Source: a virus (taxonomy: Duplodnaviria > Caudoviricetes). From it: DNA of 63,403 bases. The DNA lies in IMG/VR virus record IMGVR_UViG_3300026512_000012, positions 1 to 63,403 of that record. The stretch is one strand, 5' to 3'. Positions 29,017 through 41,300 of this stretch are shown piece by piece. Each line of letters opens with the position of its first letter. Within the stretch, counting starts at the first letter, position 1. The notes under the pieces were generated by a model. That model made no database searches, had not been told where the DNA came from, and worked only from the letters and a program-made list of their open reading frames with translations. Made by a program: the position numbers and the translations under genes.

Positions 29017-32000
29017 TTAACATCCTTTTTCATTTACATTTAACAATTCTTCTGCTACATTTGTTGATATCGTATTGAATAAATCTTTAATTATATTTTT
29101 ACTAGATAAATCTTTTCTTTCTAAAAATGCATCAGTAAGTAGATTTTTTAATTCTTCTTTATCTTTGTTTGGTAATTGATTAAATAAATCTATTAACCAA
29201 TTACTAAATTTCTTCCACCAACCCCATGCTTCACCTTTTTGTCTAACAGCTTGTTCACCTATAGCTTGTACTAATGCTTCTTCACTTCCCCATTTTTTAA
29301 TAGCTTCTTGTACTATTGGGGTATTTTTAAACCAATGTATATAAAAATGTGCATATTCATGTGAAGGCGTATCAGTAGTAGCTATACTTGTGTTTATCAG
29401 TATTTTCATAGCATCTAAATCTGCCATACCTTTAATTCTATTAGTATTACTCTTTTGAAAGTATTCAAATCTGTATTCATCAGGGATTAACTCTTCATGT
29501 GGGAATGTATATACATTTGCACTAGGGGTGTCAAGTACCTCTTGAGAAACTAATTCACGATTTTCATAATGTGTGATGATATAAGGTGAAACACCATCTT
29601 CATGGTAGTCTATTGTTTTTATCCAACTACCTTCTTTATTATAATACTCTTTTCGGGATAATAAGCCATCTTCTGAGTACATTGCCCTAATACCTATTCT
29701 ACGCCCTATTTTATCTATTTCTCCTACTATTGTTTGGTAATTCCCATAATATATATTTTCTTCTAATAAAGTACCTTTACCACTTTGTAAATCTATATCT
29801 GCTTTTTTTTCAAACCATTCATCTTCATACATATTATAAACTTTGCTTATAGTAACACTATGGTTATTTGAAATATGTCTATCAACAATTTTTATATTGT
29901 TATTGTTATACTCTATATAAGGTTTAGTAATATCATTCTTATCACCTTTATATCTCATTACTATAGTTTCGGTATTAAGATTATTATTTTTTATATCATA
30001 TTTTAGTAATTCTGTCCATCCATTTAGTTTTCTTTTTATAGGAATGTACTCATCAGTACTATTGTCAGCTCTATCCCACCAGGAATATTCATCACCAAAA
30101 TTGCTAGCACTAAAAGCTATTAATTTTCCATTTTGAAATGCAATATATTTACTTCCTGCATATTTTTCGTTCCACATAGTCCAGGAATCTTTAGTAAGCT
30201 TACCATTATCATCAGTGTAAGTTAAACACCATGGATTGGCACTTTTACCCCAGTAATGGTTTATTATTTTTCTTACAGCTAATTGACCATTTTTTGTGTT
30301 ATCCACGCTGTACAACACTATTTCTCCAACATCTTTATTTTTTACTATTTTTTTATTTGTAAATTCTGGTATTGTGTCAGGATTTAACTTAGCACTTTTA
30401 TATGTATCTTGCTTTATATCTTCACCATATTTATCAAATATTTCATTAGGATTATTGAATTGCATAGGATCTATCTTTTTTGTAGCTGCTAGTCTAACTG
30501 CTCCTATCATTTTTTCACCATCTTCTGGTAGTAGTAAATTGCCGTCAATAGTCCATTTAATAGCGATATTATAATATTTGTTTTGATCTTTTTCTTTTAT
30601 GATACTATTATTATCAATGTAAGTTTCTATACTATCTAATACTTGTTCAATATTTTGTAAATCAGGTCTTTTTTTATGTAGTCTATTACTATATTCTTTT
30701 CTTTTTTTATTTCCTATTTGATATAAATTATTAACTGATTGATTACTAATAATTTCATTAGGACTCTCTATATACTCAATTTCTGGATAAAGTTTAGCTA
30801 ATCTATTCACCATTTGTTTAACTAGATCTTTATCGTATCCTATATCAGTACTACCAGTAGTTTGAAATTCTATTGTATTATCATTACTACTATTATTTAC
30901 TTCTTTTTTAATATTAGATTGGGATTTATTCATATCTACCTCACCGTTCCAACCTAATTTACTTAATATATTTTTGTCTCCTACTATGATTAATTGTTCC
31001 TTAGCTCTACTAACAGCTGTATAACCACTCATAGCCTTCTTTAATGATTTAGTATTACTATCATTATTACCACCCATTTTGACAGCAGTATCCCAAATTA
31101 CTGTATGTATAGTTTGGCCTTGTGCTTTATAAGTAGTTACTCCATATGCATATCCTATAGCAACAGCACTAGGAGTCATTTCCTGCAGTCTTGCAATAGT
31201 CTTCAGCATACCAAAATTAACTTCCTTATCATTTTCTTCTGTTATAAGTGTACTAGTTTCGGTACCGTTATCTTGTATTTCATTTTTATAAATTTCTGTA
31301 TATTCCTGCATAGCTTGTTTATACAATTCTTGTATTTCACCATTTCTGCTTTGTAATAAAGTTTGCATATCTTTGAATATACTTAAAGGAATTACTATAG
31401 TTGTTTCTATTTCTTTATCAGCTAATTTATATTTTAGAGTAACTGCAGATAATTTTACATCATTTTTATACATAACTGAGTATAATATTTTTCTACCTCT
31501 TACATAATTTGCTATAAGAGAGTTCTCAGCTATCTGTGCTGGTGTTGCATCTTCAACTTTTGTAACTTTAAAAACCATACCATTGGTATAGTTTGTATTT
31601 GTAATACCACTAGTTAAAGCACTTTCAAATAATACTACTTGATCCTTACCAGCAATTAATGGATTAGCTTCAGGTTTATTATCTTTAAATAATGCTTTTC
31701 TAATTTTATTATTAAACTCAGCAATATTTTTGTTATTAAATGCTACATAGGCTATTCGCTTACCTTGTGCAATATTTTTATTAAATAATCCTACAATTGC
31801 TTTCCATGTGGCACTTTTACTATTGTCAAAATGCTTACTTAATATAAACCCAACTTCTCCATCAGATGGCATACTGCTAACATCTAAAGACTTGTTGGCA
31901 TTTGGAATTTTAATAGCTCTATCACGCCTTTTTAGCAATGTTTCTACTAGACTTGCTACATGTGAAATTACACTAAACAACTTACTATCTACATTTTGTC

Positions 32001-35000
32001 TTTGTTGTTTTGATAGTGTCATTACCTTAATTCCGTTTAGTACTTCTATAGTATTTGAACCAAGTTTCTCCTGTTGAGACATTCCTATTACTCTTGCCAT
32101 TATAGGGCTTAAAACCTCTATGCTAGATACAGGAGGCAATTGGTGATAGTCACCTAACATCACTATACTGAACTTATGCTTAGCATTTGTCAATATATTT
32201 GATAATGCTACTAATTTTTTAGTATCATCTATTGATAGCATACTTGCTTCGTCAACAACTAACACAGCTGGTCCGAATTCTAATTGTGCTTGTAATGCTG
32301 TTAGCAGTGAAAACCTGCCATTAGGTATACTGATATTTGTCATTTCATCATATTCCATTTCTGGTTTATCAGTAGTACCAACTTTCATTCCTGCCAGTAA
32401 GGATGATATAGTTCGGATATCTTTTCTTATAGATGTCCCACTCATTGTTGTAGTCATACTTTCTAATACATTTGTAGCCTGGTGTGTAACTGCTGCCCCT
32501 ATGAATTTTATAGGTGTATTCGATGTTTCAGCAAGTAATTCAATTGCTCTCCCAATAACAGTTGATTTTCCTGTACCACCCATTCCTTGTACTATCAAGA
32601 GGCTATCTTCAACTTTATTAGATGTTCTTGTAAAAAGTTCAACAGCCTTATCCAATAATTTTTTCTGATCTTCATTAGCTTCAAACTTACCTTGCAATTT
32701 ATATCTATCTTTTTCTGCAAGTGTATTGTTACTATTATTATTACTACTATTACTATTACTATTACTACTATCAATAGATTTTAATAAATTTTCCGTAGTT
32801 AGTTCATTGTCAGTTAGATTTAATTCATATATTAAATTAATACCATCTTTTAATGAATCTAATGAACCTTCATTACTTATAGTATCATAAGCTTTTTGTT
32901 GTAGTTCTGTTAGCTTTTTACCATTAGTTTTATTTTCATAGGCTTTTTTTAATACATCCCATTTTACACCCAATGAGTTGAGAAAATCATCTACAACCTG
33001 TGTATGTAGACTATAAGCCTTTTTCCTATTATTCCTAGAAAAACTATTTCCTTTATCATCTACTTTAGTAGTTATTTCTCCAGTAACATTAGTTCTATTT
33101 TCAGTACTCATATTTTCTAATAGTGTACTTAATAATTTGTGTAAATTTTCTTTTTCAGTTATTTTATTATCGTCTATCTTTTCTTGTATAACATTCTTAT
33201 ATGCTTTTACTAGTGTCTTTATGAACAGCCCTTTACCTTTACTGCTCCATCTACCATTCCCAATATTATGTGTAGAATGCTCTAAAAATTCTACACCACC
33301 TCTTTTAGTAATTTCTTTAGTAATTTCTTTATGTGTTTTTAATTTAAGTTCTATCAACTTTTGCATTAACTCTGTATCATGTTCATCACCTTTAGCTCCT
33401 TCTGGTATCTCTCTAATTTGAGCATTATTTGCTTTATACCATGCCTCAACACTATGTCCCCATACATTCGCAGCTGTTCGTTTTTGTCCATTTTTAAACC
33501 AAACTCTACTAACTTTTTCAGGGGCTTTTAATTTCCATTCTTTGGGAGGTTCAATATCAAATTCTGATTTTGATGCACTACCTCTAGCATAACTTACATT
33601 TGTTAAAGCTACCCCTAAAGGATCTTCGGATTTAGTAGATATTTCAATACCTTGTATATTACTATTATTATTAATTGTTGTATGCTTAGTATTTATATCT
33701 TTATTCTTAAAATCTTCTGCTATCGCTATTAATGCAGTAACATGATTAATTTGTTCTCCTTTAGCTGTTCCGCTATATCGTAATTTACTAGCATTATTTA
33801 TTATATCTAAATTATTAAGAATAACATTTCGTCTTTTTTCCAACACCTTGTAATCACGATTGTAACCATCAGGTAATATATTGTATTTTAACCATTTATA
33901 ATATGCTATAGAAGCAGCATTATTGCCACCAACATAATAATCTTCAGGCTTTTTAACATAGTTTTCCTTAGTAACAAATGGATTACCAAAATTAATAGGT
34001 TTACCATTTCTCATAACCCATAAACCTTCGTCTGGATCTATTCTTGTAATAACTATCTTATTGAGTATATCTAATATGTCTTTATCAGATATTTTATCAC
34101 TAGCAGTATTTGGTTGTACTGTTTTATTATTATTACCATTTTTATTTAATCCTAATATATCTCTCATTTGCTGTTTCCAATCAGAATCCATCATATTAAC
34201 AGTTGGTATTCCTTTTCTTCTAGCCATTTCAACAGCTTGCCCAGTACCACCGTCTGGTCTTAAAGGGTTCTTAGATTCTTTTGCGTAAAAGATTACAAAA
34301 TCTACAGGTTTGTCTAAATTTTTACCAAATACTTGGAATGTATTTCTTGCATGTAAATCTAAGGAATACCCACTGAGGTTAGCACCAGCTGGATGAATTT
34401 CTTTTGCTATAGTACGAACTTTATCATTGGCATCATCTGCAGTAAAAATATTTTTATTAGTTATTTTATATTCTGGGTTATGAAATTTAAGGTTATTTTC
34501 AGGGATTACATTACCATTTTTATCTGTAGAAATCCAGTTACCATTAATCTGTTTATTCCTAACAGGTATCCCTGTTGTGGTGTCATATTTCATACGCACA
34601 CCTTCAAATGCTTTATCTGCTCCATTAGCATGTCCACTATTTAAAGAATACCCTTCAGCTTCTAACCATTTAGATATTTCATTCATTTTTTCCATTACAT
34701 CTATAGGTGTTTCTCTACTACCTACACCTGCATATACCATAGTTTTTTGCCCAGGTACATATTTAGGTAACTTATCAAATTTTGGTGTACTAGTAGGTTC
34801 TTTAATACCTTTCAGCTTATTTAGCATTTTATTAGCATAATCTCTTCGAGTTTTCCAATATGCAAAGTATCTAGTTTTCTTGTAATTATCTTTGGAAATA
34901 TCGTCATCATCAAACTCAAGTGTGTCTATAAATTTATTATAATTTTTTTCACTGTATGATTCTGCAAGCATTGTTAAAAATTTGTATCGTAGATCTTTAT

Positions 35001-35349
35001 CTTCTCTAGTAGTTAGTTTTCTACCTAATTCTTCCTCCAAATCCCCTATATAATCTTTTACTGAAAATTTACCACCATCAATATAACTAGTAATATTAAA
35101 ACTCTCATCTTCTATATTAAAATTTAACAAATCTTTTGCTTTGATTATGTTACCATCTTTATCTTTTGCTGGTAATCTATTTATTAACTCTTCATTTTTT
35201 TTTGTCGGTTTGAACTCCCCAAACTCTGTTGTATAGTCATCCATTTGTGAAATTAAATCTAGCAATTGTTTCTTTACAGCTTTTGATAATTTTTCATTAT
35301 TACTTAATTCTATAGCTCTCTCATACATTCTATTTATATTACATTTCAT
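29017..35349 (-). CDS. polyvalent virion cargo protein: DprA/SLOG-like + DUF4326-like + NADAR-like + SF1B helicase + WC-motif domain + MORN-like repeats + zincin metallopeptidase
   Basis: YAGVGSRETP/SGHANGAD/LHARN/GGTGQA; FGNPF; SVEAWY..LKLKTH; GMGGTGKST/VVDEASM/GDYHQLPPV/TTYKAQGQT/YTAVSRA; NPWCL; HEYAH. Start set to the TAATG-coupled ATG at 35349 (MKCN), not the TTG at 35355. Confidence 0.85.
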   Translation of the reverse strand: MKCNINRMYERAIELSNNEKLSKAVKKQLLDLISQMDDYTTEFGEFKPTKKNEELINRLPAKDKDGNIIKAKDLLNFNIEDESFNITSYIDGGKFSVKDYIGDLEEELGRKLTTREDKDLRYKFLTMLAESYSEKNYNKFIDTLEFDDDDISKDNYKKTRYFAYWKTRRDYANKMLNKLKGIKEPTSTPKFDKLPKYVPGQKTMVYAGVGSRETPIDVMEKMNEISKWLEAEGYSLNSGHANGADKAFEGVRMKYDTTTGIPVRNKQINGNWISTDKNGNVIPENNLKFHNPEYKITNKNIFTADDANDKVRTIAKEIHPAGANLSGYSLDLHARNTFQVFGKNLDKPVDFVIFYAKESKNPLRPDGGTGQAVEMARRKGIPTVNMMDSDWKQQMRDILGLNKNGNNNKTVQPNTASDKISDKDILDILNKIVITRIDPDEGLWVMRNGKPINFGNPFVTKENYVKKPEDYYVGGNNAASIAYYKWLKYNILPDGYNRDYKVLEKRRNVILNNLDIINNASKLRYSGTAKGEQINHVTALIAIAEDFKNKDINTKHTTINNNSNIQGIEISTKSEDPLGVALTNVSYARGSASKSEFDIEPPKEWKLKAPEKVSRVWFKNGQKRTAANVWGHSVEAWYKANNAQIREIPEGAKGDEHDTELMQKLIELKLKTHKEITKEITKRGGVEFLEHSTHNIGNGRWSSKGKGLFIKTLVKAYKNVIQEKIDDNKITEKENLHKLLSTLLENMSTENRTNVTGEITTKVDDKGNSFSRNNRKKAYSLHTQVVDDFLNSLGVKWDVLKKAYENKTNGKKLTELQQKAYDTISNEGSLDSLKDGINLIYELNLTDNELTTENLLKSIDSSNSNSNSSNNNSNNTLAEKDRYKLQGKFEANEDQKKLLDKAVELFTRTSNKVEDSLLIVQGMGGTGKSTVIGRAIELLAETSNTPIKFIGAAVTHQATNVLESMTTTMSGTSIRKDIRTISSLLAGMKVGTTDKPEMEYDEMTNISIPNGRFSLLTALQAQLEFGPAVLVVDEASMLSIDDTKKLVALSNILTNAKHKFSIVMLGDYHQLPPVSSIEVLSPIMARVIGMSQQEKLGSNTIEVLNGIKVMTLSKQQRQNVDSKLFSVISHVASLVETLLKRRDRAIKIPNANKSLDVSSMPSDGEVGFILSKHFDNSKSATWKAIVGLFNKNIAQGKRIAYVAFNNKNIAEFNNKIRKALFKDNKPEANPLIAGKDQVVLFESALTSGITNTNYTNGMVFKVTKVEDATPAQIAENSLIANYVRGRKILYSVMYKNDVKLSAVTLKYKLADKEIETTIVIPLSIFKDMQTLLQSRNGEIQELYKQAMQEYTEIYKNEIQDNGTETSTLITEENDKEVNFGMLKTIARLQEMTPSAVAIGYAYGVTTYKAQGQTIHTVIWDTAVKMGGNNDSNTKSLKKAMSGYTAVSRAKEQLIIVGDKNILSKLGWNGEVDMNKSQSNIKKEVNNSSNDNTIEFQTTGSTDIGYDKDLVKQMVNRLAKLYPEIEYIESPNEIISNQSVNNLYQIGNKKRKEYSNRLHKKRPDLQNIEQVLDSIETYIDNNSIIKEKDQNKYYNIAIKWTIDGNLLLPEDGEKMIGAVRLAATKKIDPMQFNNPNEIFDKYGEDIKQDTYKSAKLNPDTIPEFTNKKIVKNKDVGEIVLYSVDNTKNGQLAVRKIINHYWGKSANPWCLTYTDDNGKLTKDSWTMWNEKYAGSKYIAFQNGKLIAFSASNFGDEYSWWDRADNSTDEYIPIKRKLNGWTELLKYDIKNNNLNTETIVMRYKGDKNDITKPYIEYNNNNIKIVDRHISNNHSVTISKVYNMYEDEWFEKKADIDLQSGKGTLLEENIYYGNYQTIVGEIDKIGRRIGIRAMYSEDGLLSRKEYYNKEGSWIKTIDYHEDGVSPYIITHYENRELVSQEVLDTPSANVYTFPHEELIPDEYRFEYFQKSNTNRIKGMADLDAMKILINTSIATTDTPSHEYAHFYIHWFKNTPIVQEAIKKWGSEEALVQAIGEQAVRQKGEAWGWWKKFSNWLIDLFNQLPNKDKEELKNLLTDAFLERKDLSSKNIIKDLFNTISTNVAEELLNVNEKGC

Positions 35350-38300
35350 TAACAACCCTTAATGTCATCTTTAATACCGAAACTATTCCGTAGCACTAGT
35401 GGTAACTTATTATATGCCTTCATTATATCTTCTTTTATCTTATCATTCGCTTTTGCATTTGGATAATATTCATAACCAGACTCTTTCGTTAATACCATAT
35501 GCTGTATTGTTATATGCTTACTATATAATTCCTTTCTAAACTTCTCATTAGATTGTGCATATGACCACAATTCAGTTAATACCTTTTTAGGGTCATTCTC
35601 AGACTCACTTACTACCTCTTCTAATTCTTCATCAGTTAGTAAGTCTAATACTCTTTCTAGTGTTTTAGACACTTCCCCTAAATAATTCCATTTTTTACTT
35701 ACTAATATTACTCGTTTATTATATTCTCTAACTATATCTTCCACCGATGCTAATCCCATTATAATTGCATCGTGCACTTCTAGTACACCATACTTATCCG
35801 CTATTGCTCCCATTATTGCTGCATCTAGTGTATGTATTGGTATTACTCCACCAGCTGCTCCTGCTTCTGCTAACCATTTCTTTAGGGCACTGTAACTAAT
35901 TTGCTGTGGTTTACCATCTTGTATCTTAAATGCTACACCTCTACCCAATTTATCTTTACTTAGTATATCATTACCTCTGAATAGACTATCTAGCAACCTC
36001 TCTTTGAATATAGCTATTGAGTCTTCTATTCCTTCTGATAATGGTCCAGCTATCACTGGAAAATATTTCATTAATTCTTTATCTGCGAATACTTTTTCTA
36101 TCATATCTTTTGTTATTCCTACATTAGTTCCCTTTTTAGCCATTTCTTCCAATTTTTGCATAGCTTTCATATTCCATACATCATATGCTATTTTCATTGC
36201 ACTATTTACAGCTTTGTTTATCTCTATTATATGTTCAAATTTATCTTTGAGGACCTGTTCTACTACTGTACCGTAACTATCTGTAACAGTTTTTCGCATT
36301 ACTTCACCTAATGTTTTACCATTCTCTGTATCTATTACATAACCTTCCCAGTCGTTCTTCATTGCATAATTCATCAAATCTATTGCATTATCATCAACAC
36401 CAAATGCTTTTAACATTTGTTCTACATCTTCTAAACTACCACTATTAAGTACTTCTTTTTCAACTTTAGCCATTATAACATCTGTCATTTCTTTAATATT
36501 TTTTACAAACCCTGCTCCATATTGGAATGTCATAAATGGCGGTTTAAGCAGTGCCCTAGCTTCTGGCGTTACTATTGTTATGCCATCCACTACTTTACTC
36601 ATTTCTTTTAGTAACCCTTTAAACCAGTTATAACCTTCTCTTAATCCCACTCCATAGTCTGCTGCTTTATATTCTTCCTTATTATCTTCTTGTTGTGTAA
36701 TTGACTCATCTATAGCTTTGTCACTTAGTGCTACTGCTAATGTTTTATATGCATCTACTAACTTACCATTCGCCACTATATCAGGAAATGCTTCATTAGT
36801 TCCATCTACAAACATCCCAGTTTTCGCTAACCATTCCTTAACTGTTACTTCCCCTACATCTAAATCAGCAGCATATTGTAATAATTTCAACCCGAAACCA
36901 CTTGTTACTGCATCCGTTTCTATTTGAAGTGTAGTTTTTACTTGCATACTTCCATCATTGATAGCTTTATGCATTAAACTTAATGCTTCCAACCCATCAG
37001 CTACATGCCCTATATTTTTTAATCCTATTTTTGTACCATTAATATTAAATTCTGTCATTTCATTACCATTAACTAAATTTTGCCATTGCTCCATTAGATT
37101 ATTATAGTTATTATCTTTCACAAGTTCTTCTACGAACTTTAGTGAATCTTCTATACTTTCTTTATCTATGTCAAATCCAAATGATAACGCTATTGCTAAA
37201 CTGAGTAGTGTTCTATCTGTTTTATTATTTAAATTAATATTTGCTACTTTTCTATTAGCTTTTATTAACCATCTAGCTAACTTTTTACCTGTTTGTGGGT
37301 TTGCTCCAGCACTATCCAACATGTATCTTGTATTTTTTGATATAAACCATTTAAACCATATACTATTTGCTGCTCTGCCTTCTTTTATATCATCTACTAC
37401 TTTTAATACACCATCTATTTCTCTTTCTATGTCCCTATTTACGGATATGTTTGATTGTCTTAGTGTATATGTCTGCCCTTTTAATACTTCTGGATCTATG
37501 TACCCCATTGCTTTTAATAGCACATTCTTATTCATTTTTAGCAATTGTTCCATCTTTTTATTTCCATCATCTATACCTTTTACATACCATTCTATATCCA
37601 TTATTTTCTTTACATGTGCTTGAGCCATTGCTGGTGCTTTAGTTATACTATTTCTGCGTATTTCTATTTCTCCATTTATATTTGGCTTACTATATAATGG
37701 ACCTGCCACATTAGCGGGTACTATTAATTCTAATTCCAATTCTCTAAATTTCTTACCAGCATTTACAGCTACATCTTTATTCACTGTGAATGTCACTACC
37801 TTTACACCTTCTGCTCCATCCCCTAACAGTTTCGCTCTAGCCTCTCTAGCATCACTTATTTCTTTTTCACTAACCTCTGGATTTTCTGCTTTGAACAGCA
37901 TATCCCCCATATCTAATGCTCCAGTCTCTTTCACATTTATTAATCCTAATTCTCTACCTAACTCTATCACATGCGCACCCATACTTTGTTCTAGCATTGA
38001 GTATCTCTCTTTAGGATTATCTACTTTGCTATCTTTTTTTCTCTTTAGACCCATCAGCTTCAGTGTATTTTTACCGACACTATCTGATAGATATTTTATT
38101 GGTCTGCCTATTTTTCTATAGTACTCCAGCACATCTGGTGTAACATTCTCTACACCATAATCATTTGTTACATCTTCAGCAGTCATCGGTACTTCATATC
38201 CTCTACTACCTAATAGTTCTTTCAGAGCCAATACCATAGCCAGTGCTGTCTCTTTAAACACTTCACCACCATCATCATCAGTACCTTTAGGTTTTGTATA

Positions 38301-41300
38301 TATTAATGCCCTTGCAGGAGCTTTTCTATACATCATCTGCTGGTTAGCTTTTATAACCTTACCATTTTCATTTGTACCTATTTCCAAATTATCTTGCCAT
38401 ACTGGTCCTATATTTTTTAAGGCATCAGCAGCAGTTTCAGCTTCAGCTTTGGCGGCTTCACCTAAGTATTCTACGGGTACACTTGCTATTATACTTTCTG
38501 TCTTTTTATCTGCTTCAGCAATATCATTTATCTGTGTATCAAACAATCCATCTTCAACCTTACCTGTACCTTTCCTTAGTGGGGATATATAAGCATTCTT
38601 CAATCTACTCTCAATTATCTTAGCTCCTTGATACTTAGCTTTTAATACCTGTATTCTTTTACGCAGTTTAGTTGTAATTTCCTTTTGTTCATTAATAGCT
38701 CTAACTTTAGCTTTAGCTTCCAACTCTAGTTCAGTAATACCTTTCTTTTTTTCATAATTATCTATTTTCTTTTCTAAACTGTTTACTCGATTATTCCACA
38801 TATTTATAGTATTTATATGCTTTTTATATTCTTTATCTAATTTATTTTGTTTCTTTTCTAGATCCTGTAAATCTTCTTTATAACCATTCAACATCATTAT
38901 TATCTTTTTGATAATATTCTTTATGCCGTCTTTTAACTTATCTAAACTAGTTTGTAATTCTTTTCTTTTTTTAGCCAACAATGCCTTTCCACCTCGTAGT
39001 TTAGATTGGACTACTTCTATTTCTTTAGCTAGTTCTCTATGTTCAGCTTCTATTTCTTTAATTCGATTTTTAGCAATTTCTACTGCTTTCCATGGTTTAC
39101 CTTTTTTATCCATTAAACTGCTATACTGATTTCTCCAAGCATTATATTGTTTACTAAATGTTCTAGTTATACCATTAATAGTAGCTTTTAATCCTTCATG
39201 TATTTCTTTGTAATGATTAAGTCTATTTTGATGTTCTATTAGTCTCTTACTGACATTAACAGCTGCTATTCTAGACATTTTAGCATCTTGACTTCTTTCA
39301 CCTACTTCTGGTACCCAGTCTAACATTTTACGCTCATGTAGAAACTTCGGCTCTACCTTACCATTTAATTCATCTTTTATTCTACTATATACTTCTATTG
39401 CTTTGCTTTGTTGTTTTATCGTAGCTCCCTCAGCAATACCTTTCTCCCACGCTTTTAATGGCACTGCCTTTATTACTTTATTCTCTTTCAGGCTTTGCAT
39501 GTACTTATTGTTTATCACATTTATATATTTCTTTTGTAGCTTATCCACTATTTCTGGATTATTCTTAGCTAGTGCTTTAACTTCATCTGTTACTTTCTCA
39601 CCTTTAACAAACTTGATTAGGTTTTTCATTCCTTCTTCATCAACATTCTCTTGTACAGGCTCGCTATTGTTATTATTATTGGCATTAAGCTCTGTTTCTT
39701 TCTCCTCTACTAATCTTTCAATATATTTAGGATTGTTTTGTAGTAGTTGTCTTATCTTTTTATCATCTTCCTCTGGTAGTATCAATCTATTTTCTGCATC
39801 TCTAGGTAAACTGAACACTGTTTCTAGTAATGGTTTGATTACTTTATATCCTTTATCACCTTTATACTCTTTAGTTACATCTATCCCTTGATAAATGTTA
39901 TTCTCACCATCATCACTATTTTTCTTCTCTTCCCCATCTATTATAGTCTGTAATTTATTAGGGGCAGAATCCCCATTTACTAATTTAGCTACCATTGCAT
40001 TCAGTGTGTGTACTTCGCTACTGACTGTATTTACTAGTTTCAATGTACTTGATGGTTTCAACTGTTCTTTTATTTTACTATCTTCATTTAATATATCTGC
40101 TATCAACTCGTAGGCATTTACTTCAAATTTACCATCTTTACCATCCACAGCTGCTGCATATTTCACAACTTTATTTTTACTCTCTAGTGCTCTCTTATAC
40201 TTACTATCTTCTCCATACTTCTTTATTGCTTCTTTAGCAGCATCATACACAGCTTGGTTATACTCTTTGTAGTTCCAACCATTACCATTCTTATAGTCGT
40301 TTAGTTCGGGCATCTTCACACCCATCAACTTTGCAGCATTTGCTATATAATCATCTGTTAGTGCTTTTCTATCTTTTATAAGATTTTCATTATTTCCTTT
40401 GTCATATGTTGCACTTGTCAAGTATGCCATACCTTTTTTTACAGCTATAGCATCCATATCGGGATTGTCTTTGATAATCTCATTCAGATATTCTTTCACA
40501 TCATTCTCTACTTCTTCATATGTATTTAGCAGTCTATTTCTTTTTTTCTCTTCTATTCCAGCAAATCTTTGGATACTTGCAGTATCCCCTTGTTGGAATA
40601 GTTTCGCCATACCTTCATACCCTCTGAAACCTGTATCTATTATATTCTGTCGTACTGTTGACATAGTATCTGTTAGTATCTCACTTCTAGCTCTCCTATC
40701 CAATAGTGCTTGTTTCAGGTCTTCTAATTGTTCTTTACTAGCTTTCCGTTTAAACTTCTCATCATTTACTAAATTATCAATATATTTTTTAGCTATATCA
40801 TCATTATCTATCTCTGTTATAGCATCTAATAATTCTTTTACTCTTCTAGAATCCGATCCTAACACTTCATGATCTACTTTACCATTAGGCATACTTTTCT
40901 GCATTACTTCTTTTACACGCTCATTGAATGTCTCAGCATGCTTATTGAATATGTTTAACTGTTCTTGTGTAACTGTACTATTTTGAAACCTTTGCTGTAT
41001 ATATTTTAATCTTTTAGCTATTGCCCCAAGATCGTCACCAGCTGTTAATACATCTAAATCTTTTAGATGTGTGTCTAGGCTTTTTCCATCCATTTCTTGC
41101 ATTTCTTTAGATGTTTCTGGATCTATTACTTCATTGTCTGGATTTATATCCTGTTGGTTTTTAACCGTACTTTTTATAGTTTGCTTTACTACATTTGTCA
41201 TTGGTTTTATTGCATCTAGTGTATCACCAATTATACCACTTGCTGCTCTTGGACTTGCCATATGCACACCACCTGCAACACCAAACGCTGCACCTTGCAC

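Noticed and set aside
32725-32772. (ACT/ATT)n microsatellite as a contingency locus
   Set aside because: In-frame Ser/Asn linker of the polyvalent protein; triplet changes would not switch phase.
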